A stretch of 64,000 nucleotides of DNA from an uncultured Verrucomicrobiae bacterium. Lineage in GTDB: Bacteria > Verrucomicrobiota > Verrucomicrobiia > Methylacidiphilales > UBA1321. The stretch covers positions 90,880 through 154,879 of the forward strand of contig CAWEXI010000002.1 in the NCBI GenBank assembly GCA_963812985.1, read 5' to 3'. This document shows, one piece after another, positions 33,627-45,388 of this stretch; position 1 is the first letter of the stretch; every line of letters starts with the position of its first letter. The notes beneath the pieces are model-generated. The model saw nothing but the letters and a program-made list of their open reading frames with translations, was not told the DNA's origin and made no database searches. The position numbers were made by a program, and so were the translations under genes.

Positions 33627-34806
33627 GTGAAATATTTTTCCTACCTGCTTCTGCTTTCATTTTTCTCGCTGGTTTCCTTACGTCGTTTCGGCACACCATC
33701 TCCACGCCCAGGGCGTGACCGTCGAAGTCTCCACGCTGCCCCGCGTCGGCGTCTCGATCAGCGGACCGCTCGGCGGCGGCGTGACCGAAATCGTGAGCAA
33801 CGACCTGAAGCGCACCGGAATGATTTCACCGGTGGGCAGCGGCTCGGGCGATTACCTGGCCAGCGGCGAGGCGAGCGAGTCGGGCGTGACCGGCCGACTG
33901 GTGAACAAGAAAACCGGCGCGGAAGTTTTCAGCCAGACCTTCACCGGCAAGGGCCGGCTGGCCGCGCATGAGTTCGCCGACGCCATCACCAAGGCGGTCA
34001 CCGGGCCTGCCCGGCTTTGCCTCGAGCAAGCTGGCCTTCATCGCCAGCGCCAGCGGCTCGAAGGAACTTTATCTCGCCGACATCGACGGCTTCAACGCGC
34101 GCGCGATCACGCACGACGGCACGATCAGCGCCAGCCCCGCCCTGAACCGCGACGGCACCGAAGCTCGCCTACACCTCGTACAAGAGCGGCTATCCCGACG
34201 TTTACCTGATCGATCTCGGCTCAGGCACGCGCACCCGCATCGCGTTTTTTCCCGGCATCAATACCGGGCCCTCTTTCTCGCCGGACGGATCGCTGATCGC
34301 GCTGACCCTGAGCAAGGACGGCAATCCCGAAATCTACACGATGTCGACTCGATGGCGGCTCGCTGACACCGCATCACCCGCACGCGCGGCGCGGAGACGT
34401 CGCCCTCCTGGTCGCCGACGCGGAGACCGGCTGGTCTATTCCTCGGACGATCGCGGCAGCCCACAGCTTTTCATCAGCAGCGCCATCGGGCGTCTCCGAC
34501 ATGGACCATCTCGTCACGGGCAATTCGTATTGCACCAAGCCCGACTGGTCGCCCGACGGCAAGTGGATCGCCTTCACCACGCGCATCGGCGGGCAATTCC
34601 AGATCGGCGTCTTCGACGTCGCCAGCCGCACGGCGCAGCTGATCACCACCGCCGGCGGGCAGGACCCGGCCTGGACGCGCGATTCGCGCCACCTGGTCTA
34701 CTGCCAACAACGGCCGCCTCCACCTCCTCGACACCGTTTCGCGCCAATCGCTGCCGATTGAAACGACCGTATCAGCGGCTGCGGCGAACCGACCGTCTCC
34801 CGCTGA
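33627..34806 (+). CDS. tolB: Tol-Pal beta-propeller protein (indels)
   Basis: KELYLADIDG; PD40 repeats FSPDG, WSP, PDWSPDGKWIAF. Confidence 0.88.
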
Positions 34807-34881
34807 GCCCGATAGAAACCATTGCCAATTCCATCCCACATCGTATAACTCACCGCTTGACCCCCTAACCTCCGACCCCTC

Positions 34882-35446
34882 ATGAATAATCAAATGCCGC
34901 CTCCCCCTCCTCATCGCCCTCACCTTCGCCCTCGCCGCCTGCGAGGACGACAAAGATCAGAATTACACGGGCATGGGAGGCGACGACGGCAGGCGCTTCC
35001 CGGCAACGGCGGCAGCGATACGGTGAATCCGAGCGGCGCCATGCAGCGGCATCCCTCCCGGCCCGCGCGGCAATTTCAATCCCGACAATGCCGACTACCA
35101 GACACTCGCATCGGACACGGTCTATTTCGATTTCGATAAATCGACCATTGCCGGTCCGGAACGCGGCAAGCTGCGAGCGGTGAGCGAGTGGTTCAAGGCG
35201 AATCCCGGGCATTCCCTTTTCCTCGCCGGCCACGCCGACAAGCGCGGCACGCCGGAATACAATCGCGCGCTGGGCGAACGCCGCGCGCTGGCCGTGCGCG
35301 AATATCTCGTCGGCCTCGGCCTGCCCGCCGGCTCGCTCTACACCAACAGCTACGGCTCGGACCGCCCCGCCGTCGATGGCGACACCGAAGAAGCCTACGC
35401 CAAGAACCGCCGCGTCGAAATCGGCGTGATCGTGCAGAAGCCGTAG
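34882..35446 (+). CDS. pal: Peptidoglycan-associated lipoprotein (indels)
   Basis: LAAC lipobox, VYFDFDKS, GHADKRGTPEYNRALGERRA, AKNRRVE. Confidence 0.9.
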
Positions 35447-35490
35447 GTTGCGAAAAGTTTGGGCGTTCACGAGACTGGCCAACCGAGATC

Positions 35491-36187
35491 GTGACGCCTG
35501 TTTCTCCCCTCACCTGTTCCGCGCTGCACAAGACGTTTCGCCTTGGGCACGTCGACCTGGAAATCCTGCGCGGCCTGGACGCCTTTTTCCGCAAAGGGAG
35601 AACTCAATACCATCCAGGGCGCTTCCGGCTCCGGCAAAAGCACGCTGCTGCAGATTCTCGGCGGGCTCGAGCAGCCCGATGCGGGCGAAGTGCGATGGGA
35701 AGGCGAATCGATTTACGGGTGGTCGCGAGCCAGGCTGGCGGCGTGGCGCAACCTCTCCGTCGGCTTCGTTTTCCAGGCCTACCATCTTTTCCCGGAACTT
35801 TCCGCGCTGGAGAATGTCGAGTTTCCGGCGCGACTGGCGCGTAAAAGCGAGCCGGCTGAGGGCGCGCAAGTCTGCTCGACCAAGTCGGCCTGGGCTCGCG
35901 TCTCGCATCACCGGCCCTCGGAGCTTTCCGGCGGCGAACAACAGCGGGTGGCCATCGCCCGCGCCTTGCGAAATAATCCGGCGCTTCTTCTGGCCGACGA
36001 ACCGACCGGCAATCTCGACACGGCGACCGGGCACGAGATCATCGACCTGCTTCTGCGCCTGCACCAGGAACGCGGCAACTGCCTGATCATCGTCACCCAT
36101 GATGATCGCATCGCCGCCCTCGGCCAGCGTATCTACCGGCTTGAAGACGGCCGGTTGTCCGACAACGGAAAGAATTTGGTCCGTTAA
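35491..36187 (+). CDS. ABC ATPase, LolD/MacB-like
   Basis: GASGSGKSTLL, VGFVFQAYHL, ELSGGEQQRVAIARAL, LADEPTGNLD, VTHD. Confidence 0.88.
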
Positions 36188-36256
36188 AAGTAATTTAGAC
36201 CTGATAGATCGCCACTTGCGAAAAGCAGGTAAATGCGGAAAGATAACCTCTCTCTC

Positions 36257-37139
36257 ATGCAGCACTTGAAAATCTATCTCGACGGCGAGTTTGTGGACGA
36301 ACCCGACGCCAAGGTTTCCGTGTTCGATCACGGCCTCCTTTACGGCGACGGCGTCTTCGAGGGCATCCGCTTTTACAACGGGCGCGTCTTTCTCCTGGAG
36401 GAGCATCTCGACCGGCTCTACGATTCGGCCAAGGCGATTCTGCTGACCATCCCGCTGGAGCGCGGCTGCGATGCGCGAAGCGGTGCTGGAAACGTGCCGC
36501 CAAAACAACCTGCGCGACGGCTACATCCGGCTGGTGGTGACGCGCGGCAAGGGCGACCTCGGCCTCAATCCGAACAAGTGCAAGCAAGCCGACGATCTTC
36601 ATCATCGCGGCGACGATCGAGCTTTACCCGGAAAAATATTACACCGAGGGCCTGCGCGTGAACACCGTGCCGACCCAGCGGATTTCGCCGGCGGCGCTCA
36701 GCCCGGCGATCAAGTCGCTCAATTACCTCAACAACATCCTGGCCAAGATCGAGGGCAATCTCTACGGCGCGCAGGAATCGATCATGCTCAACGCAGCAGG
36801 GCTTCATCGCCGAGTGCACGGCGGACAATATTTTCGTGATCAAGCAGGACAAGATCTTCACGCCGCACGTTTCCGACGGCGCGCTCGGCGGCATCACCCG
36901 GCGGCTGATGTTCGACCTGGCGCGCGAAATGGGCCGCGAAATCAGCGAGGCGAACCTGACCCGCTACGATCTTTTCGTGGCCGACGAAATTTTCGCCACC
37001 GGCACCGGCGCGGAAGTGGTGCCGATCAGCGAGGTGGACGGCCGCAAGATCGGCGCCGGGCCGCGTGGGCCCCATCACCGAGGAGTTCATCCGCCACTTC
37101 AAGGCGCGGACGCAAAATACGGGCGTTTCCATTTACTGA
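36257..37139 (+). CDS. ilvE: Branched-chain amino acid aminotransferase (indels)
   Basis: [38 protein letters not shown]. Confidence 0.92.
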
Positions 37140-37191
37140 TTTTGTATTATATTGCTGGCAGCGCCCCGAAACGGCGCGACCTCAACAACCT

Positions 37192-37686
37192 ATGATTTGC
37201 GAAGTTTGCCAGACTGAAAACGCCACGGTGCATCTGACCCAGATCATCAGCGGCAAGATGCAGAAGATCGACCTGTGCGAAAAGTGCGCCAAGGAAAAGG
37301 GCGTGGCCGATCCCGGCCGGCTTTTCGCTGGCCGACATGCTGCTGGGCCTCGGCGCGGCGGACGAGATCAAGTCGAACGGCAGCGAGGAACTGGTCTGCC
37401 CGCAATGCGGCTTTACCCAGCCCGACTTCAAGAAGACGGGCCGGCTCGGCTGCCCGCAATGCTACGTACGTTCTCCGAAGGCCTCGGCGTCATCCTGAAG
37501 GACATGCACAAGGGCATGCACCACAAGGGAAAGATCCCCAGCCGCGCCGCCCGCGCGCAGGAATACCAGAACCGGCTGAAGAGCCTCCACGCCAGCTTGC
37601 AGACCGCGGTGCAGTCGGAGAACTACGAGCAGGCGGCCTCCCTGCGCGACCAGATCACGCATCTGGAAATGCAGCTGAAGAGCTAG
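37192..37686 (+). CDS. mcsA: McsA/YacH-like protein (CxxC pairs + UVR domain; indels)
   Basis: MICEVC..ATVHLT..LCEKCA, CPQCG, GRLGCPQCY, HKGKIP, ENYEQAASLRDQI. Confidence 0.85.
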   Translation: MICEVCQTENATVHLTQIISGKMQKIDLCEKCAKEKGVADPGRLFAGRHAAGPRRGGRDQVERQRGTGLPAMRLYPARLQEDGPARLPAMLRTFSEGLGVILKDMHKGMHHKGKIPSRAARAQEYQNRLKSLHASLQTAVQSENYEQAASLRDQITHLEMQLKS

Positions 37687-37778
37687 CTTTCCGGGACAGC
37701 ACGGCGCAGATACTTGAATCATGCTGCGGACACGGTTCCGCAACCGCGGTGCGTGGCGCCATTCGGCGTCGACTGCGC

Positions 37779-39357
37779 CTAAACTGCCTGGACAGCTTGC
37801 GCGTGCCCTGGATATTGGCCAGCTTCCGCCGCAGCGTCTCCAGGCTGAACGGCTTTTCCAGGATGCCCAAGCTTCAGCTGCGCGAACTCGGACATGAAAT
37901 CCTGGAAATGGCTCGGCGGCAGTCCGCTCATCAGCAGGATCGAGGTTTCGTCAAAGCGGGTGTCCTTGGCCACCGCCGTGCTGTAGCCGCCGATGAACTG
38001 CGCGCCGTTCATGCCCGGCATGTTGTAGTCGACGATGACCACTTCCGGCGGGGTGGCGGCCGCGATCAACTCCTGCAGCGCGACTTCGGGATAGCGGTAG
38101 GACTTCGTGCGATGGCCCAGGTGCTCGAGCAGGCTGCAAAGGCCGTCGCGCACGAGGTCGTCGTCATCGATGACGTAGACCAGAAAATGGGACTCGGCGG
38201 GCAGGCGCTTAGCTTGAAGAACGATGCGCTGAGTCTGGCGAAAATGCGGTGCGTGGAGCGGCGCGCGTCGACTGGCCTGTCCTTCTCCGTGGGCAGTGCG
38301 CGCGCAGGCTCAACTTCGCCCCGCGGCCAGACCAGCGAGACCGAGGTGCCCATGCCGACCGTGGAGCGAATTTCGACCGTGCCGGCATGCTGGGTGAGAA
38401 TGCCCCGCACCATGGCGAGGCCAAGTCCGGTGCCCTGCTTCTTGGTGGAAAAGAACGGCTCGAAAATATGCGCCATGTCCTGCTCCGGAGATGCCTGCGC
38501 CGTGATCGCGCACGGTCACCGCCGCCCGCGTTTCGTTGCCTTCCCAGAGCACGTGGACCGTGCCGCCGTCGGGCATGGCTTCGCGGGCGTTCTTGATCAG
38601 ATTGAGCAGGCAATGGCTCAGGCTGGAATAGGAGCCGACGACCATGATCTGGGCTCTTGGATCCTGGAAATCCTTGCCCAGGGCGATGCGATATTTTCCG
38701 GAGGCGACGCCCGCGATCCGGGCGACATCGTGAATCAGGTCGACCAGATTGAACGGCGCCATCGTCAGCGGCTGGCGCTTGGCATAGCCGAGCAGGCTGC
38801 GGGTGAGCGAGGCGCCGGTGGAGCAGGCGCGGATGATGTTGACCAGGCTGTCCCGGGCCTGTGGCGCGAGGCTCGGCTGCGCCAGCATGGCCTCGGCATT
38901 GGACTGGATGCCCATGATGAGATTGTTGAAATCGTGCGCCACGCCGCTGGCCAGTTCGCCGATCGTCTCCAGCTTCTTCTGGTCGACCGCGCCCTGCGAA
39001 TTGTCGAGCCAGTGGACCGAATCCTGAAAACAGAACAGGTACCAGTGTCCTTCCTCCTCGTCGTCAGCTGGCAGGCTCGCCTTCGTAAAAAACCTTGGCA
39101 AAATAAGTCCGCTCCGGACTGGGCGGGATGCTTGAACCCGGCATGGCTTCCTCCGGCGCTCCGCTGACCACTTGCAGGGCCTGCGAAAGATATTCGGCCA
39201 GAGAGGCGGGCAGTTCAGCCCAAGTCAGCGGCGCATGATCCTGGACCGGAGCGAGGCTCAGTTCAAACAAGCTCGACCGCGGCACGGTTCCAGTCAAACA
39301 CTTCATAACCTCGTGTCGCGGAGAAGTGGACGAGAACTTCGGCTCGGCCTCCTGCAC
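37779..39357 (-). CDS. Cytoplasmic hybrid histidine kinase with C-terminal receiver (indels)
   Basis: GELASGVAHDFNN, NLIKNAREAMP, FEPFFSTKKQGTGLGL, then VYVIDDDDLVR..VDYNMPGMNG. Confidence 0.82.
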
Positions 39358-39545
39358 GACTCAACAAATCCTGTACGAGCCCGGACGATGGTAAATTAAA
39401 CACGCTGGGTTATTGTAGAGCTTCCACCACGAAATGCCAGTTTTAAGAAACCCGACTAACAATGAAGAAATGGAACACGGTCCACTAAAGTTTACAAAAA
39501 TTTGATTGGATTTTCTGCCAGTCTTCCCTATTCCTTACGATTCCC

Positions 39546-40248
39546 ATGTCTCAGAAATCCAAATCCAGCGGCAAGCCTCAAAAGGCCGCCAAACCCGCTT
39601 CTGCCAAAACGAAAGCGGCGACCAAAGCCAAGACTGTGTCCGCGAAGAAAGCGGTTCAGACGAATCACAAAGCTCCGGTCAAACCGATCAAAGCCAAGGC
39701 AATTTCCAACGGCGTCGACGAAGAACACGAAACGCCGCGTCCGCAGGTTCGCCTGCCGCGCGACGCCAAGACCCTCGCCTTTTTCGACCGCCAGAAACGG
39801 CGCCTGCTCGATCTGCGCGATCATTTCCTCGACCAGATGCAGAGCGTCGCGCAGGACAGCCTTCGCTCCCGCGCCGAAAACAACGAGGCCTCCGCCGTGG
39901 GCCAGCACCAGGCCGATGCGGGCAGCGACGCCTACGAAAAGGATTTTGCGCTCAGCCTCCTTTCGCAGGAGCAGGACGCGCTCTACGAAATCGAGGAGGC
40001 GCTCAAGCGCATCGAAGTCGGCACCTACGGCGTCTGCGAGATGTCGAACAAGGTCGATCCCCCACGCCAGGCTTGAAGCGATTCCCTTTGCCCGCTTTAC
40101 TGTCGAATGCCAGCAGCAGCTCGAAAAGGAAAATCGGGGCCGCCGCCGCTGGGATACCGCCCCGCAATTCATGGATTCCGCCGAAGCCTTCGCCGATGAG
40201 GAAGAAGAATCGTCGGATGACGACGACAAGAAAAAAGAGAAAGACTAA
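39546..40248 (+). CDS. dksA: TraR/DksA-family regulator (one indel)
   Basis: HQADAGSDAYE..EIEEALKRIEVGTYGVCE, IPHARLEAIPFARFTVECQ. Confidence 0.85.
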
Positions 40249-40251
40249 ACC

Positions 40252-40488
40252 ATGCCTCCCGCTGCCAAACCCATGCGGCCCCGCCGCCGCACGCTCCGCT
40301 CCCTGCCGAAGCGCCGCATCGACATCAACATCGAAGCGCTCGACTTCAAGAACGTCGAGTTGCTCAAGAAATTCCTCACGGAAAAGGGCCGCATCCTGCC
40401 GCGCCGCATCACCGGCATGACCGCCAAGATGCACCGCAAGCTCACCACGGAAATCAAGCGCGCGCGCAACGTCCTGCTCGTCAAATAA
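40252..40488 (+). CDS. rpsR: 30S ribosomal protein S18
   Basis: [30 protein letters not shown]. Confidence 0.96.
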   Translation: MPPAAKPMRPRRRTLRSLPKRRIDINIEALDFKNVELLKKFLTEKGRILPRRITGMTAKMHRKLTTEIKRARNVLLVK

Positions 40489-40509
40489 CCGGCCAACCGA
40501 AAGCATCCC

Positions 40510-40773
40510 ATGTCCCGACTTTGTGAAATCACCGGCGCGATCCCCACGCGCGGCACCAGCATCCTCCGCAGCGGTAAAGCCAAGAAAAAAGGCGGTATCG
40601 GCACGCACGTCACGGCCAACACGCCCCGCGTTTTCCAGCCGAACCTCAAGGAAAAGCGCATCTTCGTTCCCGAACTGAAGCGTTACGTCACGGTCAAGCT
40701 GACCGCCCGCGCGCTCAAGACGCTGACCAAGAACGGCGCCTACAGCACGCTCAAAAAAGCCGGCGTGATTTAG
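40510..40773 (+). CDS. rpmB: 50S ribosomal protein L28
   Basis: MSRLCEITG..KKKGGIG..RVFQPNL..LTARALKT. Confidence 0.95.
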   Translation: MSRLCEITGAIPTRGTSILRSGKAKKKGGIGTHVTANTPRVFQPNLKEKRIFVPELKRYVTVKLTARALKTLTKNGAYSTLKKAGVI

Positions 40774-40786
40774 TTGGAGCGGCAGA

Positions 40787-40947
40787 TAGCCGCGAAGGAA
40801 CGCAGAGAGCACAAGGATTGATGAGGGAAAATTTCCTCGTTTTTAACCGGTGTTTTAATGAGAGCACTGTTCATTGCGCGCCCGAAAAAATGTGCAGATA
40901 ATACCAGTACATCAGGATTTTTGAGGTCTCTGTGTTCTTTGCCGCTA
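40787..40947. repeat. Degenerate inverted-repeat intergenic element
   Basis: TAGCCGCGAAGGAACGCAGAGA vs reverse complement TAGCGGCAAAGAACACAGAGA, around an AT-rich spacer. Confidence 0.45.
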
Positions 40948-40956
40948 ATGTAGAAA

Positions 40957-42036
40957 ATGCCTTCCTACGACGTCGTCATTGTCGGCGCTGCGCCTGCCGG
41001 TTCCATCGCCGCGCTCGTCCTGGCCCGGGCCGGCCATCGCGTGGCCCTGCTTGACCGCGCTACTTTTCCGCGCGCCAAGGTTTGCGGCAACTGCATCAAC
41101 CCGGTCGCCTGGAAGATCTGGCAAAGACTTGGCCTGACCGAATCGTACGCCGCGCTGCCTCATCAGGAAATCGGCGGATTTGACATCCACTGCGAGGGCC
41201 GCCCCCTTTACCAACATGCCTTCCGGGCGCCCCATCGAGGACCGCGCGCCATCGCGCGAGACGTGCTCGACGACTGGCTTCGCTGCCAGGCCGAAGCCGC
41301 CGGAGCCGAGTTTTTCCCGGAAACCACCGTCACCAGCCTCGATCCCAACACGGGCACGGTCCACACCAACCGTGGCGAATTTTCCGGGCAAGCTTATCTT
41401 CGGCGCGGACGGCCGCAACTCGCTCGTCGCGCGGCAAAGCGGACTGATGCCGCCGCCGCGCCGCTGTCATCGCGTCGCCTGGCAGACCTCCATCCCGCGC
41501 CCGCCCAATCTCGACGACCGCGTGCAAATGCATGTGTTCGAGGAAGGTTACTTCGGATATTGCCGGTACAGCCCGACCCAAGCGGTGATCAGCATCGTGC
41601 TCGATTCGCGCCGCACGCAGGATCCGCTCCTTTTGGTGCAGCCGTTACTTTCCTCAACTGGAGCAGCAGGACTGGCTGCGCATGAATCCAATCACCCGCG
41701 CCCCTGCCCGCACCGGCATCGGGTCGCGTCTGGCTCCTCGGCGATGCCGCCCGCGTGGTCGAGCCCTTCACCGGCGAAGGCATCACGTTCGCGCTGTCGA
41801 CCGGCGTTCTCGCCGCGGAAGCGGCGCTAACCTCATTGGGACGCACTAAACCGGCCGCCGCACTGTCGATCTATTCGAACTTGCACCGACGGCTCTACCG
41901 CCGTCGCGCCTGGGTCAATACGCTGGTGCGCTGGCTGCTCGTCACGCCCAGTCGCACCGTTCGACTGCTGCGCAAAGTGGATCGACTTCCGGCCGCGGTG
42001 ACGTTTCTCTCCCAACGCGTTCATGCGTCGACGTAG
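40957..42036 (+). CDS. FAD-dependent oxidoreductase (geranylgeranyl reductase/FixC-like; indels)
   Basis: DVVIVGAAPAG, FPRAKVCG, GADGRNS, GDAA..EPFTGEGI. Confidence 0.85.
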
Positions 42037-42144
42037 ATCGTAACGACAGAAATACTCCTCTACAGGAATAATACTGTCTTCCGCAGGAAATACCGCCCTC
42101 CGCAGGAGCTTGCCCTCTTTTGCAGGCACCCTCTAGAATGGCAC

Positions 42145-43294
42145 ATGGCCACGCCGAAGAACGTCGTCGAACTCCTCCAGGACCTGGTGGCGATTCCGAG
42201 CGTGAATCCGCAGGGCAATCCCGGCACCGACCAGACCGGCGAGCAGGCCATGGGCGAATACGTCGCCGATTTTCTCCGCGCGCTCGGCGCCGAAGTTGAA
42301 CTTCAACACAGTCGAGCCGGGCCGGCCCAACGTCATCGCCTCATTCACGCCGGACAAACCGGTGGCGCATCTCGCCTTCGCGCCGCATCTCGACACCGTC
42401 AGCGTCGCGGGCATGACCATCCCGCCCTTCGATCCGGTCGATGCGCGACGGCAAACTTTTCGGCCGCGGCTCGACCGACACCAAGGGCCCGATGGCCGCC
42501 GCGCTCTGGGCCGTGCGCGAATGGGCGCAAAGTTCCGCGCGCGCGCGGTCGCGCATCCGCTGGACTTTTCTCGCGCTGATGGGCGAGGAGGCGGGCAACG
42601 ACGGCGCCCATGCCATGGCGAATAAAGGCTTTTCGAGCGACCTGACGCTCGTGCTCGAACCGACCCAGCTCGGCGTGGTCACCGCGCACAAGGGCGCGCT
42701 CTGGCTCGAGGTCGACACGACCGGCGTGGCCTGCCACGGCTCGACGCCCGACAAGGGACGCAACGCCATCTACGCCATGCGCCGCGTGCTCGAAATCATC
42801 GAGGAAAAGATCATTCCCGAGCTTGCCGCAGCACGCGCACGCCAAACTCGGCACTCCGACGCTCAACGTCGGCACCATTTCCGGCGGCAGCAAAATCAAC
42901 ATCGTGCCCGACCAGTGCCGCATCGAAATCGATTGCCGCGTCGTGCCGGGCATCGACCCGGAGAAATTTCCGCAGCCGGATCGAATCCGAACTGCGCGCT
43001 GTCGTGCCCGAGGTCGCGGTGCGCCTGCAGCGCTATTCGCCGCCGCTCGATACCGATGAATCGCTGCCGTGGGTGCGACGGCTGGGCGAGAAGGCCCGCG
43101 GCTTCACCACCGCGCCCTGGTTTTCCGACGCCTCCGTGCTCAGCGGCCCGCGATTGTCCCGCCGTTTGCATCGGCCCCGGTTCCATCGCCCAGGCCCACA
43201 CGAAGGACGAGTTCATTCTCCTGCAGCGACCTCGAGGAAGGCGCGCACTTTTTCCGCCGCTGGATCCAGGCCGCCGAAGAATGCATCCGCATGA
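42145..43294 (+). CDS. M20 metallopeptidase (ArgE/DapE-like; indels)
   Basis: LVAIPSVNP, HLDTV, GRGSTDTKG, GEEAG, EPT, GSIAQAHTKDE. Confidence 0.88.
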
Positions 43295-44596
43295 AGCGCT
43301 CCGCCTGCAACCACAGCAACCAGCGCCGGCCCTATTCAACGCGCTCAACTCGCTTACCAGGAAGCACAGGACAATCGCTGGCGGCTGTGGGCCGCCGTCG
43401 CCTTGCTAAATTTTCTCGCGCAGATTTTATTCCGCCGTGAATTGACGCCGGGCGAATTCGGCACGCTGAATACGGCGCTCGGCCTGATCGGCCTGATGAC
43501 CGTGCCGCTGCTGGCCGATGAATCATGCCTTCGCCTACTATCTCGCGCGCCACGCCGGCAGCGCGACTCGCTTCGCAGTTCGGCGCTCCTCGTCACGGAA
43601 ACGTTCGCCTGGATCTGGGGCGGTCTTTGCGTTTTGCTGATGTTCCTGTTACTGCCGCTTTTTGACCTGCCCCGTTTTTCGCTGCAACTTTTCACTCTCA
43701 TGAACGTGCTGGTCGCGGTTGGGAAGCATAGTCAGTTGGTCGGTCTGCCAGCAAAGCAATCAACTTCGTCTCTGGGTTGGTCTGCTCTGCGCCGCAGCGG
43801 TCACGCGGGCCTCGGTAGGCGCTGGATTAGCCGGATTCGAACCATGGGCCGAATCAGGCCTGGCCGCGTTTCTGGTCGCCGGCTTCATCACGCTGATACC
43901 CGCACTTCGCGCGCGCGACACTGATTGGCGAAATGCGACTGAAGGCCTGCCGGGCCGCTTGCGATCGCGAGTTTTTGCTCTATGCCGGCGCGACCTTCAG
44001 CGTTCTGCTGGCGCTTTTTCTCTTCTCCAGCGCGGACCGGATCGTGGCGCAAAGCTGGTTTGGCGTCGCCACGTAACAACAACATGGGACTGGTCAATTG
44101 GAGTCAATTCGATGCTTATCAAACAGCAGGACTGCTCGGGCGCGGGATTCTCTGGGGCACGCAGCCGCTGCTCTGGATTTTCTTTGCGCAAGCGCTCACG
44201 TTAGAACGCACCACCGCCGTCTCGCTGACTTTTTTCTGGATTTACCTCGGTGCTCTATTCGCAAGCGCGATTCTCCTCGGCCTACCTGGCTCAACCACTC
44301 AGCTGGCTTTTTTGCGGAGCGAGCTTCGAGTTGACCGCCCGGTTCGTGCCCAGCTTTGCCGTCGTCATGGTTCCACTCGGCCTGCTTCAGGGACTCGGCA
44401 TTTTCTCGCTGGCGTCGCGGCGTTATCCGGAATGCTTCGTCCTCGGCGGATGCAGCGTGGGCTACGCCGCTGCTGCTCTATCTGGCTGGTCGACAGCCGC
44501 AACTGATGCCCGCCTTACATGTTCGGCGGCGGCATCGTCGCCTTGATGGTCGTGCTCTTCGTCGGCGTCGTGCGCTGGGGCCGCAAGCAGCCATGA
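43291..44596 (+). CDS. Polytopic membrane protein, possibly flippase-like (indels)
   Basis: Many TM segments; N-terminal RELTPGEFGTLN motif; overlaps the downstream GT2. Confidence 0.5.
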
Positions 44597-45314
44597 CCGC
44601 GCCGCGACTCGATCGAGCCTCTCGGTCGTCATGCCGCTCTACAATGAGGGCGCGCAGATCACCTCCAATGTCGAGCAGACCCTGGCTGCGCTGCGCATGC
44701 TCGGCCCGTTCGAGGTCATCCTGGTCAACGACGGCAGCTCCGATAATTCCGGCGAGGAGATCGCGCGACTGTCGGAACAATATCCCGGCGAAATCGTTTC
44801 GCTCCAACTTCCCCGCTCCGGCAAGGGCGAGGCGTTGCGCCGCGGCGCGCAGGCGGCGCGCGGCGAATTTGTCGTCTTCATCGACGCCGATCTCGATCTG
44901 CCGCCGGAGCAGATTCTTTTTTTCGTCGCCATCCAGCGCGTGAAAAAAGCCGACGCCGTGATCGGCAGCAAGATGCATCCGGACAGCACGGTCGACTATC
45001 CGCTCATCCGCCGCATCTACAGCCTCGGCTATTTCTGGCTCGTGAAAGTCCTCTTCGGCCTGCCCGTGCGCGACACGCAGACCGGACTGAAGCTGGTGCG
45101 GCGCGATCTGCTCCTGAAGGCGCTGGAGAAAACCGAAAGCCGCGGCTTCACGCTCGACCTCGAGTTGCTCGTGCGACTGGTGCAGCTCGGCGCGGTCATG
45201 GTCGAGGCGCCCGTCGTCGTCCAGCACTCGATGAAATTCGGCGGCATCGGCCTGCCCGTCGTCTGGCAAATTTTCCGCGATACCTGGCAGGTATGGAAAC
45301 GCACGCGCCGCTAG
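44593..45314 (+). CDS. GT2 glycosyltransferase (DPM1/DPG-synthase-like)
   Basis: MPLYNE, VNDGSSD, GKGEALRRG, FIDADL, DTQTGLK. Confidence 0.9.
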
Positions 45315-45388
45315 TCCTGCAAAACCTGGCTGGCATTCGCACCAATAAAATCGTGTCGCACTTCGGCAACTCCGCGTAATTTGATTTC

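Noticed and set aside
37275-39167. 630-aa plus-strand ORF
   Set aside because: Out-of-frame overlap with mcsA and antisense shadow of the histidine kinase.
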